From NCBI GenBank assembly GCA_963724295.1, contig CAVRUC010000002.1, positions 192,001 through 256,000 on the forward strand: DNA of 64,000 nucleotides, given 5' to 3'. Position numbers and translations under genes: made by a program. Numbering within the stretch: position 1 is the first letter of the stretch; each line of letters starts with the position of its first letter. The notes beneath the pieces are model-generated. The model ran no database searches and had not been told where the DNA came from. It saw nothing but the letters and a program-made list of their open reading frames with translations. Positions 28,654 through 37,961 of this stretch are shown here, piece by piece. Source of the DNA: an uncultured Chloroflexia bacterium (GTDB taxonomy: Bacteria > Chloroflexota > Chloroflexia > Thermomicrobiales > UBA6265).

Positions 28654-29166
28654 GTGGCCATGTCGGTAGACAGTAAAGTGTCACAGCTTGGAAGGGCGGA
28701 GCGTCAGCAGTACCGGTTCGAGCCGATGTCCCAGCGGCAGGCGCGTGCCGTCGCCGCTTGGCGCTACGACCCGCCCTACGACTTCTACGACATGGTGGCC
28801 GACCCGGAGGACCTCGCCGAGCTTCTCGACCCGGTGCAGCGTGCCGGCCGCGACTTCGCTGTTCTGGGCGACCCGGGCGGTCTCGTGGGGTCCTTCATGT
28901 TCAAGCACCAGGGGGACACGGTCGAGGTCGGACTGGGGCTGCGGCCCGACCGCACTGGCTGTGGGGATGGGCTCTCCTTCCTGCTCGCGGGTCTGGAGTT
29001 CGCGTGTGGGCGGTACGCACCGGCGCGGTTCCGGCTGGCGGTTGCCGCCTTCAACCCGCGGGCCATCCGTGTCTACGAGCGGGCGGGGTTCCGTCAGGGC
29101 GAATCGTACATGCACCGAACCAATGGGGGCGAGCACGCGTTCGTGCGCATGGAGCGGCCGGCATGA
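28654..29166 (+). CDS. GNAT family acetyltransferase (RimJ/RimL-like)
   Basis: WRYDPPYDFYD, VGLGLRPDRTGCGDG, VAAFNPRAIRVYERAGF. Confidence 0.9.
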   Translation: MAMSVDSKVSQLGRAERQQYRFEPMSQRQARAVAAWRYDPPYDFYDMVADPEDLAELLDPVQRAGRDFAVLGDPGGLVGSFMFKHQGDTVEVGLGLRPDRTGCGDGLSFLLAGLEFACGRYAPARFRLAVAAFNPRAIRVYERAGFRQGESYMHRTNGGEHAFVRMERPA

Positions 29167-29240
29167 TGTTGGACGCGCGCCCACTCCCAGCCCGGTTCGA
29201 TACATTGAGTACCGGCTCCAGCCGTTTCTACTCCTGAATG

Positions 29241-29272
29241 ACGCCGGGACCCCCAATTGGGGGTCCCGGCGT
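29241..29272. terminator. GC-rich hairpin between convergent genes
   Basis: ACGCCGGGACCCCC-AATT-GGGGGTCCCGGCGT perfect palindrome. Confidence 0.55.
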
Positions 29273-29408
29273 AACCGCTTCGCTGCGGGCTCAGAACGCT
29301 TTTCAGCTGGGCAATCCTCCTGGTCTGCGACAACCGCAGATGTTGTCGTGAGGACTGGTGAACGGAAAGTGCGCCCCGGGGAATGAGGTTTGGAGCGCTC
29401 TGCCGAAT

Positions 29409-30134
29409 CTACTGGGCCGGCATCGTCTCGAAATCGAGCAGTTCAATGTAGCCGCCCGGGAACTCCTCGCGGACGAGGCCGACGCCGGGGCAGTAGTACT
29501 TCTGCTCTGTCGTTCCATCGAGCAGCTCGAGGTCCTCGGTCTGAATGCAGCCCGCGAAGGTGCCGTTAGCGGTGGTCACTGTTTGGTCGATGGCAATCAC
29601 TTTGGATTGGGCTTCCGCGACGCCGGGAATCTGCTCCTGATCGAAGGTATTTCCGACCGTCGGAGCAGGCGGCATGAAGACTCCCGGCGGATTGCCGTTC
29701 GGCTCCGTGAGCCAGGCACCCTCATGGCCGACGACTCGCCCATCCTGGAGCTCGTTGACGCGCTCGCCGAGATAGTAGACCGTGCCATCCGGCGCTTGCG
29801 CGAAGTAATCCTCGGTGGTCTTTCCCAGCTCGCCGTTGTAGTAGTCATCAACCTTCACGACGGTTACTGACACGCCGGCCACCTGTTCCGACCGCGTCAG
29901 CACCCTCTCTTCAATCCGGAGCGCGATCGTCTCGCCAGTCTCGTCGATCTCCTCGCCGGTGAAGATCTTCACCGGGACCGAAGTAAGCGGAACAAGCGGG
30001 TGATCGACCGCGGGCGAAAGTTCATCCAGGCTGTGCGCTGGCATCCCCTCTAACGTAGCGGCACCACTGGAACCTGGAAGCGCGAACCCAACCGCAACCA
30101 TGACGCTCATAAGACCCAGCCAAGACCGTTTCAT
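29409..30134 (-). CDS. Exported hypothetical protein
   Basis: Signal peptide; TEDYFAQAPDGTVYYLGE, PGVFMP, EQKYYCPGVGLVRE; GGAGG RBS. Confidence 0.85.
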   Translation of the reverse strand: MKRSWLGLMSVMVAVGFALPGSSGAATLEGMPAHSLDELSPAVDHPLVPLTSVPVKIFTGEEIDETGETIALRIEERVLTRSEQVAGVSVTVVKVDDYYNGELGKTTEDYFAQAPDGTVYYLGERVNELQDGRVVGHEGAWLTEPNGNPPGVFMPPAPTVGNTFDQEQIPGVAEAQSKVIAIDQTVTTANGTFAGCIQTEDLELLDGTTEQKYYCPGVGLVREEFPGGYIELLDFETMPAQ

Positions 30135-30476
30135 GCCACCCTCCAAACTCTCTGGACGCTCGACAGGTCAATCCTGCCAATGCTCTTCCATCCTTCCATT
30201 CGCACATGACATTCAAATGAAGTTTCACTCGTTGGGATCGGATATCAGAGCCTGGGGCCGCTGCCAACGTCTGATGAGTCCTCGCGCGCACAAACTCCGC
30301 ATACATACCTAGTTGGAATACGCATTCATACCGATGTGATGCGGACTCCATCGGCGCACTATGGCTGCGGTGTCGACAGGTGAGTACGCGGAGCTTCCGG
30401 AGGCCCGTCTGCTTCTGTCAAAAGGGCACCCCAGGGTTTGAGACAGGACTCTGCAAACGTAGAAAGGACCCTGTTA

Positions 30477-33400
30477 ATGATGCGTTCGATTGTCGAATCG
30501 AGCTTGAAGCTGCGGCTCCTCGTCGTAGCAATCGCCGTGGGCGTGATGGTCCTCGGCATCGGGAAAATGCAACACATGCCGGTGGACGTCCTACCGGAGT
30601 TCATCCCGACAATCGTGGAGATCCAGACCGAAGCGCTCGGGCTCTCCGCGGCCGAAGTCGAGCAGATGATCACCGTCCCCATGGAGCAGGACCTGCTCAA
30701 TGGGGTTGCCTGGCTGGCCGACATCCGGTCCGAGTCGGTTCCCGGGCTCTCCCGGATCCAGATGATCTTCGAACCGGGAACGGATCCCATGCGCGCGCGC
30801 CAGGTCGTGCAAGAACGACTCACCCAGGCGCATGCGCTGCCAAACGTGTCCAAAGCGCCGCAGATGATCGAGCCCCAGGCGTCGACGAGCCGGGTCATGA
30901 TGGTCCGCATGTCCTCGCAGGAGCTCACCCCGATCGAGATGTCAGTGCTCGCGCGCTGGAACATCAAGCCGCATGTCTTGAGCGTGCCCGGTGTCTCGAA
31001 CGTGGCCATCTTCGGCCAGCGCGAACGCCAGATCCAGGTCCAGGTGGACCCGGAGAAACTGCGCTCGCTCGGTGTTTCGCTGCTCGATGTCGTCGAGACT
31101 ACCGGCAATGCCTTGTGGGTCTCGCCGCTGAGCTTCCTGGAAGCGTCGACGCCAGGCACCGGCGGGTTTATTGATACCCCGAATCAGCGGCTCACGGTGC
31201 AGCACATCTCGCCGTTGCAGACTGCCGAGGACCTGGCTCAGGTGCCGGTCGATGTTGGAAGTAGCGACGATGCGTCCGGCAGTCAGCAGCCATTGCGCCT
31301 CGGTGACGTGGCTACCGTGATCGAAGACCACCAGCCGCTCATCGGCGACGCCGTCGCGCCGGATGCCGCCAATGACCTCATGCTGGTCATCGAAAAAGTT
31401 CCCAACGCCAACACCCTCGAGGTGACGCAGAGCGTGGAAGACGCGCTGGCCGCGCTCGCTCCGGGTCTCTCCGGCGTCGAGTTCGACACAACCGTCTACC
31501 GGCCGGCCTCCTTCATCGAGATGGCGATGGGCAATCTCGCCCCGGCACTGCTCGCCGGTGGCGTGCTGGCCGTGCTCGCGCTCGGCGTGTTCTTTGTTGA
31601 TTGGCGGACCGCTCTGATCGGAGCCGTTGCCATTCCGCTCTCATTAGTCGCGGCTGTGTTCGTACTCTACCTGCGCGGAATGACCTTCAATGCCATCCTC
31701 GTGGCTGGGCTCGTGGCTGCCCTCGGCGTCATCATCGACGATGTCGTCAGCGACGTCGACATGATCAAGCGGCGGCTGCGGGAGAACCAGGAGAACGGTA
31801 ACGAGCGGTCGGCGGCCGGGGTCATCCTCGACGCAGTACAAGAGACGCGCGGTCCTGCCGTTTATGGGACCCTCATCGTCCTCCTGGCCCTGGTACCCGC
31901 CTTCCTGGTTGGCTTTGCGGGGGGTCTCCCCGGTGCGTTCTTCGCTCCGGTGGCTCTCTCCTACGGGCTCGCGCTCCTGGTCTCCTTCGTCGTCGCGCTG
32001 ACCGTGACGCCGGTGTTGACCCTCGTTCTCTACGCCAAGTCCTCGCCTGAGCGTTCGGCATCGCCAATCGTGCGACGCGTGCAAGGCGTGTACTCCCGAA
32101 CGTTGGCACCGATGGTCAACCGCCCACGATGGGGATTTGCCCTCGCCGGAGCGCTGTTGGCGGTCGGTCTCATGGTTGTCCCGTCCCTGGGGCAGTCGAT
32201 GCTACCGGCGTTCCAGGATCGGGATCTGCTGATTCACTGGGAAGCTGCCCCTGGCACGTCTCTCCCCGAGATGAACCGGATCACGACCCTGGTTAGCCAG
32301 GAACTCGAGACGGTCCCCGGCGTGCGCAACGTCGGCGCTCACATCGGGCGCGCCATCACCTCGGATCAATCGTCCAGTGTCAACGCCGGCGAGGTCTGGG
32401 TCAGCCTGGACCCAGCAGCGAACTACACCGCGACCGTCGCCGCCGTGCGCGACGTGGTCGACGGCTATCCCGGGCTCACCCGGGACGTCATGACCTATCC
32501 CGAACAGCGAATTCGGGACGTCCTGACGGGGCAATCCGACGCCGTGGTCACTCGCCTCTACGGCAACGACTATGCGGTGCTCGGCGCCCAAGCGGAGAAG
32601 ATCCGCGAGCGCATCGCGGGCATCGACGGCGTTGTCGACCCGCACGTGACCGCTCCGATTGACCAGCCGACGCTCGAGATCGAGGTTGACCTGGCCAAGG
32701 CCCAGGCGGCCGAGATCAAGCCGGGCGACGTCCGCCGGGCCGCGGCCGCGCTGCTCTCCGGTGTTGAAGTGGGCAACCTCTTCGACGAGCAGAAGGTTTT
32801 TGAGGTCGTGGTCTGGGGAGCGCCGGAAATTCGGCACAACCTCACCAGCATCAACAATCTTCTAATTGATACCCCCGCTGGCGACCATGTCCGACTCGGC
32901 GATGTCGCCAAGGTCGGCTTGGTGCCGAGCCCGGCCAACATCGAACACGACGCCGTCTCGCGCTATGTCGATATTGGAGCCGACGTGCAAGGTCGAGACG
33001 TCGCTGACGTCGCTGCCGAGATCGACCAGGTTCTGGCTGGGATGCAACTGCCGCGGGAGTACCACACCGAGCTGCTCGGCGGATACGAGCAGCAGCAGGC
33101 CGGCGAGCGGCAGCTCATTGGCTTCGCAATCGCGGCAGCCATCGTCATCTTCCTGCTGCTGCAGGCCGCGTTCAACAGCTGGACGCTGGCGGGGCTGACG
33201 TTCGTGTCACTGCCGCTGGCACTAGCCGGCGGACTGGTCGCGATCTTCGCCAACGGCGGCATGATCTCGCTCGGTGCGCTGGCGGGGTTCCTGGCGATCC
33301 TCGGCATCGCGACGCGCAACGCGATCGTGCAGATCAAGACCTACCAACGGCTGGCGCAGGAGACCGGTGAACCGGTCAGCCAGGCGCTGGTCATGCAAGG

Positions 33401-33665
33401 CGCGCGCGAGCGGCTGGCGCCGATCGTGGCGACGGCTCTGGCGACCGGCCTGGCGTTGACCCCCCTGGCCGTGATCGGTCCAGTGGCCGGCAACGAAATC
33501 CTTCATCCAATGGCCGTGGTGATCCTGGGCGGGTTGGTGACAGCCACCCTGGTCAACCTGCTGGTCATTCCCTCCCTCTACCTGCGGTTCGTGCCCGCCA
33601 CGCAAGCGGAGACGGATCGCACGCCATGGACTGCCGGCCCGGCCGTCAGCCCGGTTTCGAACTGA
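30477..33665 (+). CDS. RND efflux permease (CusA/CzcA/AcrB family), copy 1
   Basis: MPVDVLPEF, GLSAAEVEQMIT.PME, VYRPASFIE, TM4 IIDDVV, RERLAPI, HPMAVVILGGLVTAT. Confidence 0.93.
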   Translation: MMRSIVESSLKLRLLVVAIAVGVMVLGIGKMQHMPVDVLPEFIPTIVEIQTEALGLSAAEVEQMITVPMEQDLLNGVAWLADIRSESVPGLSRIQMIFEPGTDPMRARQVVQERLTQAHALPNVSKAPQMIEPQASTSRVMMVRMSSQELTPIEMSVLARWNIKPHVLSVPGVSNVAIFGQRERQIQVQVDPEKLRSLGVSLLDVVETTGNALWVSPLSFLEASTPGTGGFIDTPNQRLTVQHISPLQTAEDLAQVPVDVGSSDDASGSQQPLRLGDVATVIEDHQPLIGDAVAPDAANDLMLVIEKVPNANTLEVTQSVEDALAALAPGLSGVEFDTTVYRPASFIEMAMGNLAPALLAGGVLAVLALGVFFVDWRTALIGAVAIPLSLVAAVFVLYLRGMTFNAILVAGLVAALGVIIDDVVSDVDMIKRRLRENQENGNERSAAGVILDAVQETRGPAVYGTLIVLLALVPAFLVGFAGGLPGAFFAPVALSYGLALLVSFVVALTVTPVLTLVLYAKSSPERSASPIVRRVQGVYSRTLAPMVNRPRWGFALAGALLAVGLMVVPSLGQSMLPAFQDRDLLIHWEAAPGTSLPEMNRITTLVSQELETVPGVRNVGAHIGRAITSDQSSSVNAGEVWVSLDPAANYTATVAAVRDVVDGYPGLTRDVMTYPEQRIRDVLTGQSDAVVTRLYGNDYAVLGAQAEKIRERIAGIDGVVDPHVTAPIDQPTLEIEVDLAKAQAAEIKPGDVRRAAAALLSGVEVGNLFDEQKVFEVVVWGAPEIRHNLTSINNLLIDTPAGDHVRLGDVAKVGLVPSPANIEHDAVSRYVDIGADVQGRDVADVAAEIDQVLAGMQLPREYHTELLGGYEQQQAGERQLIGFAIAAAIVIFLLLQAAFNSWTLAGLTFVSLPLALAGGLVAIFANGGMISLGALAGFLAILGIATRNAIVQIKTYQRLAQETGEPVSQALVMQGARERLAPIVATALATGLALTPLAVIGPVAGNEILHPMAVVILGGLVTATLVNLLVIPSLYLRFVPATQAETDRTPWTAGPAVSPVSN

Positions 33666-33700
33666 TGCATAGGCACGAATGTCTCAAAAGGAGCAACACA

Positions 33701-34147
33701 ATGCGACGCACCAATCTCATTATCGTCGGAGCCGTCCTCGTTACCGGTATTGGCCTGGCGACGATAACCCAGGTCTCGGCCACCGTTGATGTGCCCGGGC
33801 ACACTGAAGCGGCCATCATCGAGGAGATCACCGGCACTGACCTCTACCGCTTGACGCTCACGGAGCGAGCGGCCGAGCGGGTCGGGCTCGAAACGGCAGC
33901 AATCGCCGAGCAACAGGTGGGCGGGAAGATCCAAAAGACGATCCCGTACTCCGCGGTCATCTACGACGCGGATGGCGGCACCTGGGCCTACACGACCAGC
34001 GAGCACCTGGTGTTTGCACGCGATGAGATCGGCGTCGAGCGGATCGACGGCGACACCGCCTACCTCAGTGACGGCCCAGCCGCTGGCACCGAGGTGGTAA
34101 CGGTCGGGGCAGCCGAGCTGGTCGGCCTGGAGCGATACAAGCACTAG
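33701..34147 (+). CDS. Miniature RND adaptor-like protein (membrane-proximal domain only)
   Basis: N-terminal TM; LTERAAERVGLET and IPYSAVIYD...GTEVVTVGAAEL resemble the two halves of the CzcB/CusB membrane-proximal domain; AAAGGAG RBS. Confidence 0.7.
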   Translation: MRRTNLIIVGAVLVTGIGLATITQVSATVDVPGHTEAAIIEEITGTDLYRLTLTERAAERVGLETAAIAEQQVGGKIQKTIPYSAVIYDADGGTWAYTTSEHLVFARDEIGVERIDGDTAYLSDGPAAGTEVVTVGAAELVGLERYKH

Positions 34148-34243
34148 CCGCGCAGTGAGGTCCCTGGCCCCACAGCCAGGGACCTCGCCGCCCGTCGTTC
34201 GGGAAACCCTTTCCCTCTTGCATTGACGAGGAGGTCCACGCCC

Positions 34244-37200
34244 ATGATGCGTTGGATAGTCGGATCAAGCCTGAAGTTCAGATACCTCATGGTCGGTCTG
34301 GCGGTGGCGATGATGGTCTTCGGTGGCGGGCTTCTCCGCGCCATGCCGGTGGACGTCTTCCCCGAATTCGCCCCGCCGAAGGTGGAAGTTCAAACCTTGT
34401 GCATCGGCCTCTCAGCGGCCGATGTCGAAGCGCTGGTCACTGTCCCTATGGAACAGGCCCTCAACGGGTTGCCGGGACTCGATGTGATGCGCTCCAAATC
34501 GGTGCCCCAATACTCGTCGATCGTGATGCTCTTCGAGCCGGGCACAGACCTCATGACCGCCCGCCAGCGGGTGGCCGAGCGCATGCAGACTGCGATCCCG
34601 ACGTTGCCCACCTGGGCGGCGCCGCCCGTCATGCTGCAGCCGTTGTCGTCGACGAGCCGGATCATGAAGATCGGTCTGTCATCGGACGAGTTGTCGATGA
34701 TGGACATGTCGATGATCGCGTACTGGAAGATCCGGGCAAACCTGCTGCGCATCCCCGGGGTGGCGAACGTCGCTATCTGGGGTGAGCAGCTACAGATGAT
34801 GCAGGTCCAGGCCGACCCCCAGCGCCTGAAGGCGAACGACGTGTCGCTCGACCAGGTGATGCAGGTCACCGCAGACTCGCTCGAGGCCGGGCTCCTCCAA
34901 TACTCGGATGGAGCCGTGATCGGCACCGGCGGGTTCATCGACACGCCCAACCAGCGCCTCGGTATCCGCCACAAGCTCCCGATCGTCACCCCCGACGATC
35001 TGGCGCAGGTGGTCGTCGAGGACCGGGACGGGACGCCGCTTCGACTCGGCGACGTGGCCAACGTGGTCGAGGATCACCAGCCACTCCTGGGCGACGCCGT
35101 CATCAACGATGGTCCCGGGTTGATGCTCATCGTCGAGAAGCTACCCTGGGGCAACACGCTTGAGGTCTCGCGTCAGGTAGAGGCGGCGTTGGAGGAGATG
35201 AAGCCTGGTTTGCCCGGCTTGCAGATCGACTCCACCATCTTCCGCCCGGCCACCTTCATCGAGATGGCCATCGAGAACCTCACCATGGCGCTCTTCCTGG
35301 GCGTTCTGCTCGTGGTTCTGGTGCTCATCGCCTTCCTCTTCGAGTGGCGCACAGCACTGATCAGCGTGATCGCTATTCCGTTGTCGCTGGTCGCCGCTGG
35401 GATGGTGCTCTATTTACGCGGGGCCACCATCAACACGATGGTCTTAGCCGGGTTCGTCATCTCCGTCGGGGTGGTGGTCGACGACGCCATCATCGACATC
35501 GAGAACATCGTGCGCCGGCTGCGGCTGGCGCGGGAGGAAGGAAGCGACAAGTCGACGGCCTCGATCATCCTCGACGGCTCGTTGGAAGTGCGTAGCGCCA
35601 TCGTCTACGCCACGCTGATCGACGCCGCGGCGTTGTTGCCGGTCTTCTTCCTCGGCGGGTTGTCCGGCGCGTTCTTCCAGCCGCTTGCCATCTCCTATGC
35701 GCTAGCAGTGCTGGCCTCAATGGTCGTGGCGCTGACCGTCACCCCCGCTTTGGCGCTGATCCTGTTGCGCAAGGCACCGCTCGCGCATCGCGTCTCGCCG
35801 CTGGTGCCGTGGCTGCAGCGGGGCTATGGCGGAGCGCTGGAGCGCATCGTACGCAAGCCTGGCTATGCATTCCTGACCGTCGCCGTCGTCGCGGTAATCG
35901 GTGTCGGGTCCTTCACGCAACTCGGCAACACGCTGCTCCCGGAATTCAAGGAGCGCGACTTTTTGATGCATTGGGTAACCGATCCCGCCACGTCGCACCC
36001 GGAGGAGGTGCGGATCACGACCCTCGCCAGTAAAGAGCTGCGTGCCATCCCCGGCGTGCGCAACTTCGGCGCCCACATCGGACAGGCCTTCCAGGGCGAT
36101 GAGGTGTACGGCGTCTACTTCGGTGAGAACTGGATCAGCGTCGATCCATCCGTCGATTACGACAAAACGCGAGACGCGGTCCAGGAGGTTGTCGACGGCT
36201 ACCCCGGTCTCAAACGGGATGTCCAGACCTACCTCAAGGAACGCATGAAGGAAGTTCTCACCGGCTCTGGCTATTCGATCGTGGTGCGCGTCTACGGTCC
36301 AGATCAGGAGGTGCTGAAAGCCAAGGCTGAAGAGATCCATCAGATCATGAGCGGCATCGACGGCGTCGTCGACGAGCACGTCAGCACGCAAATGGTCGAC
36401 GTGCCGCAAGTCGAAATCGAAGTTGACCTGCCCGCGGCGCAGAAGTACGGCCTCAAGCCGGGTGACGTGCGGCGGGCGGCAGCCACCCTCATGGCCGGCG
36501 AAGAAGTGGGCGATATCTTCCGTGATGGCAAGGCCTACGACGTCGTCGTCTGGAGTGAGCCCGCAACGCGTCAGAGCGTGACCGACATTCGCGAACTGCT
36601 GCTCGACACGCCTGACGGCGGACACGTCCAGCTGGATGAGGTTGCCGATGTTCGGCTCGCTCCCTCGCCAAACGCGATCTCCCATGAGAATCTCTCGCGA
36701 CGACTCGACGTCGAAGCCAATGTCCGTGACGGGGATCTCGGCGCGGTCGTCGGCGATGTCGAACGCGCGGTGCAGCAGGTCGAGTTTCCACGCGAATACC
36801 ACGCCGAGGTGTTAGGCGAGTGGGCCGAGCGCCAGGCGGCGCAGGAAACGATGCGCAATATGGCGGTTCTCGCTGCCATCGCGGTCTTCTTCCTCCTGGT
36901 GGCGTCGTTCAGCGGCAACGTCGGATTGGCGGCGCTGATCTTCGTGACCCTGCCCTCGGCATTGGTCGGCGGCATCATCGCGACCCGGATCACCGATCCG
37001 GTCATCTCCCTCGGCTCGCTGGTCGGTTTCTTCACGGTCCTGGGCATCGCTGCCCGCAACGGAATCATGATGATCAGCCACTACCAGCACCTGGAGCGTG
37101 AGGAGGGCGAGGAGTTCGGCACCGGTCTCATCATCCGCGGGGCGAAGGAGCGGCTGGCGCCGATCCTGATGACGGCCCTGGCGACTGGGTTGGCGCTCGT

Positions 37201-37399
37201 GCCCCTGGTCTACAAGGGGAGCATTCCGGGTCATGAGATCGAGCACCCGATGGCGGTTGTCATCCTGGGCGGTCTGGTGACCTCGACGCTGCTCAACCTC
37301 TTTGTGGTCCCAGCTCTTTACCTGCGGTTTGGTAGAAGCAACGGAAACTTCTTCTCGAAATGGAAGAATCTCCGGTTCGCGCGCCTACGAACCTCGTAG
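34244..37399 (+). CDS. RND efflux permease (CusA/CzcA/AcrB family), copy 2
   Basis: MPVDVFPEF, VVVDDAIIDIEN, GIAARNGI, KERLAPILMT, HPMAVVILGGLVTST; GAGGAGG RBS. Confidence 0.95.
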   Translation: MMRWIVGSSLKFRYLMVGLAVAMMVFGGGLLRAMPVDVFPEFAPPKVEVQTLCIGLSAADVEALVTVPMEQALNGLPGLDVMRSKSVPQYSSIVMLFEPGTDLMTARQRVAERMQTAIPTLPTWAAPPVMLQPLSSTSRIMKIGLSSDELSMMDMSMIAYWKIRANLLRIPGVANVAIWGEQLQMMQVQADPQRLKANDVSLDQVMQVTADSLEAGLLQYSDGAVIGTGGFIDTPNQRLGIRHKLPIVTPDDLAQVVVEDRDGTPLRLGDVANVVEDHQPLLGDAVINDGPGLMLIVEKLPWGNTLEVSRQVEAALEEMKPGLPGLQIDSTIFRPATFIEMAIENLTMALFLGVLLVVLVLIAFLFEWRTALISVIAIPLSLVAAGMVLYLRGATINTMVLAGFVISVGVVVDDAIIDIENIVRRLRLAREEGSDKSTASIILDGSLEVRSAIVYATLIDAAALLPVFFLGGLSGAFFQPLAISYALAVLASMVVALTVTPALALILLRKAPLAHRVSPLVPWLQRGYGGALERIVRKPGYAFLTVAVVAVIGVGSFTQLGNTLLPEFKERDFLMHWVTDPATSHPEEVRITTLASKELRAIPGVRNFGAHIGQAFQGDEVYGVYFGENWISVDPSVDYDKTRDAVQEVVDGYPGLKRDVQTYLKERMKEVLTGSGYSIVVRVYGPDQEVLKAKAEEIHQIMSGIDGVVDEHVSTQMVDVPQVEIEVDLPAAQKYGLKPGDVRRAAATLMAGEEVGDIFRDGKAYDVVVWSEPATRQSVTDIRELLLDTPDGGHVQLDEVADVRLAPSPNAISHENLSRRLDVEANVRDGDLGAVVGDVERAVQQVEFPREYHAEVLGEWAERQAAQETMRNMAVLAAIAVFFLLVASFSGNVGLAALIFVTLPSALVGGIIATRITDPVISLGSLVGFFTVLGIAARNGIMMISHYQHLEREEGEEFGTGLIIRGAKERLAPILMTALATGLALVPLVYKGSIPGHEIEHPMAVVILGGLVTSTLLNLFVVPALYLRFGRSNGNFFSKWKNLRFARLRTS

Positions 37400-37415
37400 G
37401 CTGACGCATAGCGCA

Positions 37416-37450
37416 GGCTCCGTTCCGGTGCTATGCGCCGGAACGGAGCC
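37416..37450 (+). terminator. Hairpin after the RND operon
   Basis: GGCTCCGTTCCGGTGC-TAT-GCGCCGGAACGGAGCC. Confidence 0.6.
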
Positions 37451-37961
37451 AAGCGACTCAGAAAGGAGAGTCGCCATGCAACATATCAGTAGCACGTCGG
37501 AGAGCAGTGGGCTTTGGGCCCACACCGGCCGGTCTGAGGCCAACCCGGCGCCAAACTGATTCCCGACCGCGGAGCTGGATCAGGAGTCGATTGCTCCTGA
37601 TCCAGCTCCGCGTCTGACAACCCAGGCAAACGATCTCGAACCATGTTGTATCAGCCATCGCGAAGCGGCGGATCGAGGTGTCACCTTCACCGGGCAAAGG
37701 CAATGTTCAGCAAACATTGCCAAGTTGACCGGTGGAGGTATTTGCCATAAGCTGAGGCTCTCGCTCACGCAATTGATAATTCACCAGACGCGATCACCGA
37801 GGCGTCAGATGACCTCGCGACGAGCAGAGACCACACGAGTGCGCTGAGCCCATCCAGTTAATAAGAGGTTGTCGCCATGTCGAGAAGGAAGCCTGCTTGT
37901 TCAAATCTGGAGGCTGAGTAGCAGTCACAAGCGGTGATGGTCGCGGAACTGAGGAATCGCC

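Noticed and set aside
29241..29300. Tn3-like GGGG terminal inverted repeat
   Set aside because: It is one arm of a local palindrome; no partner end or transposase found
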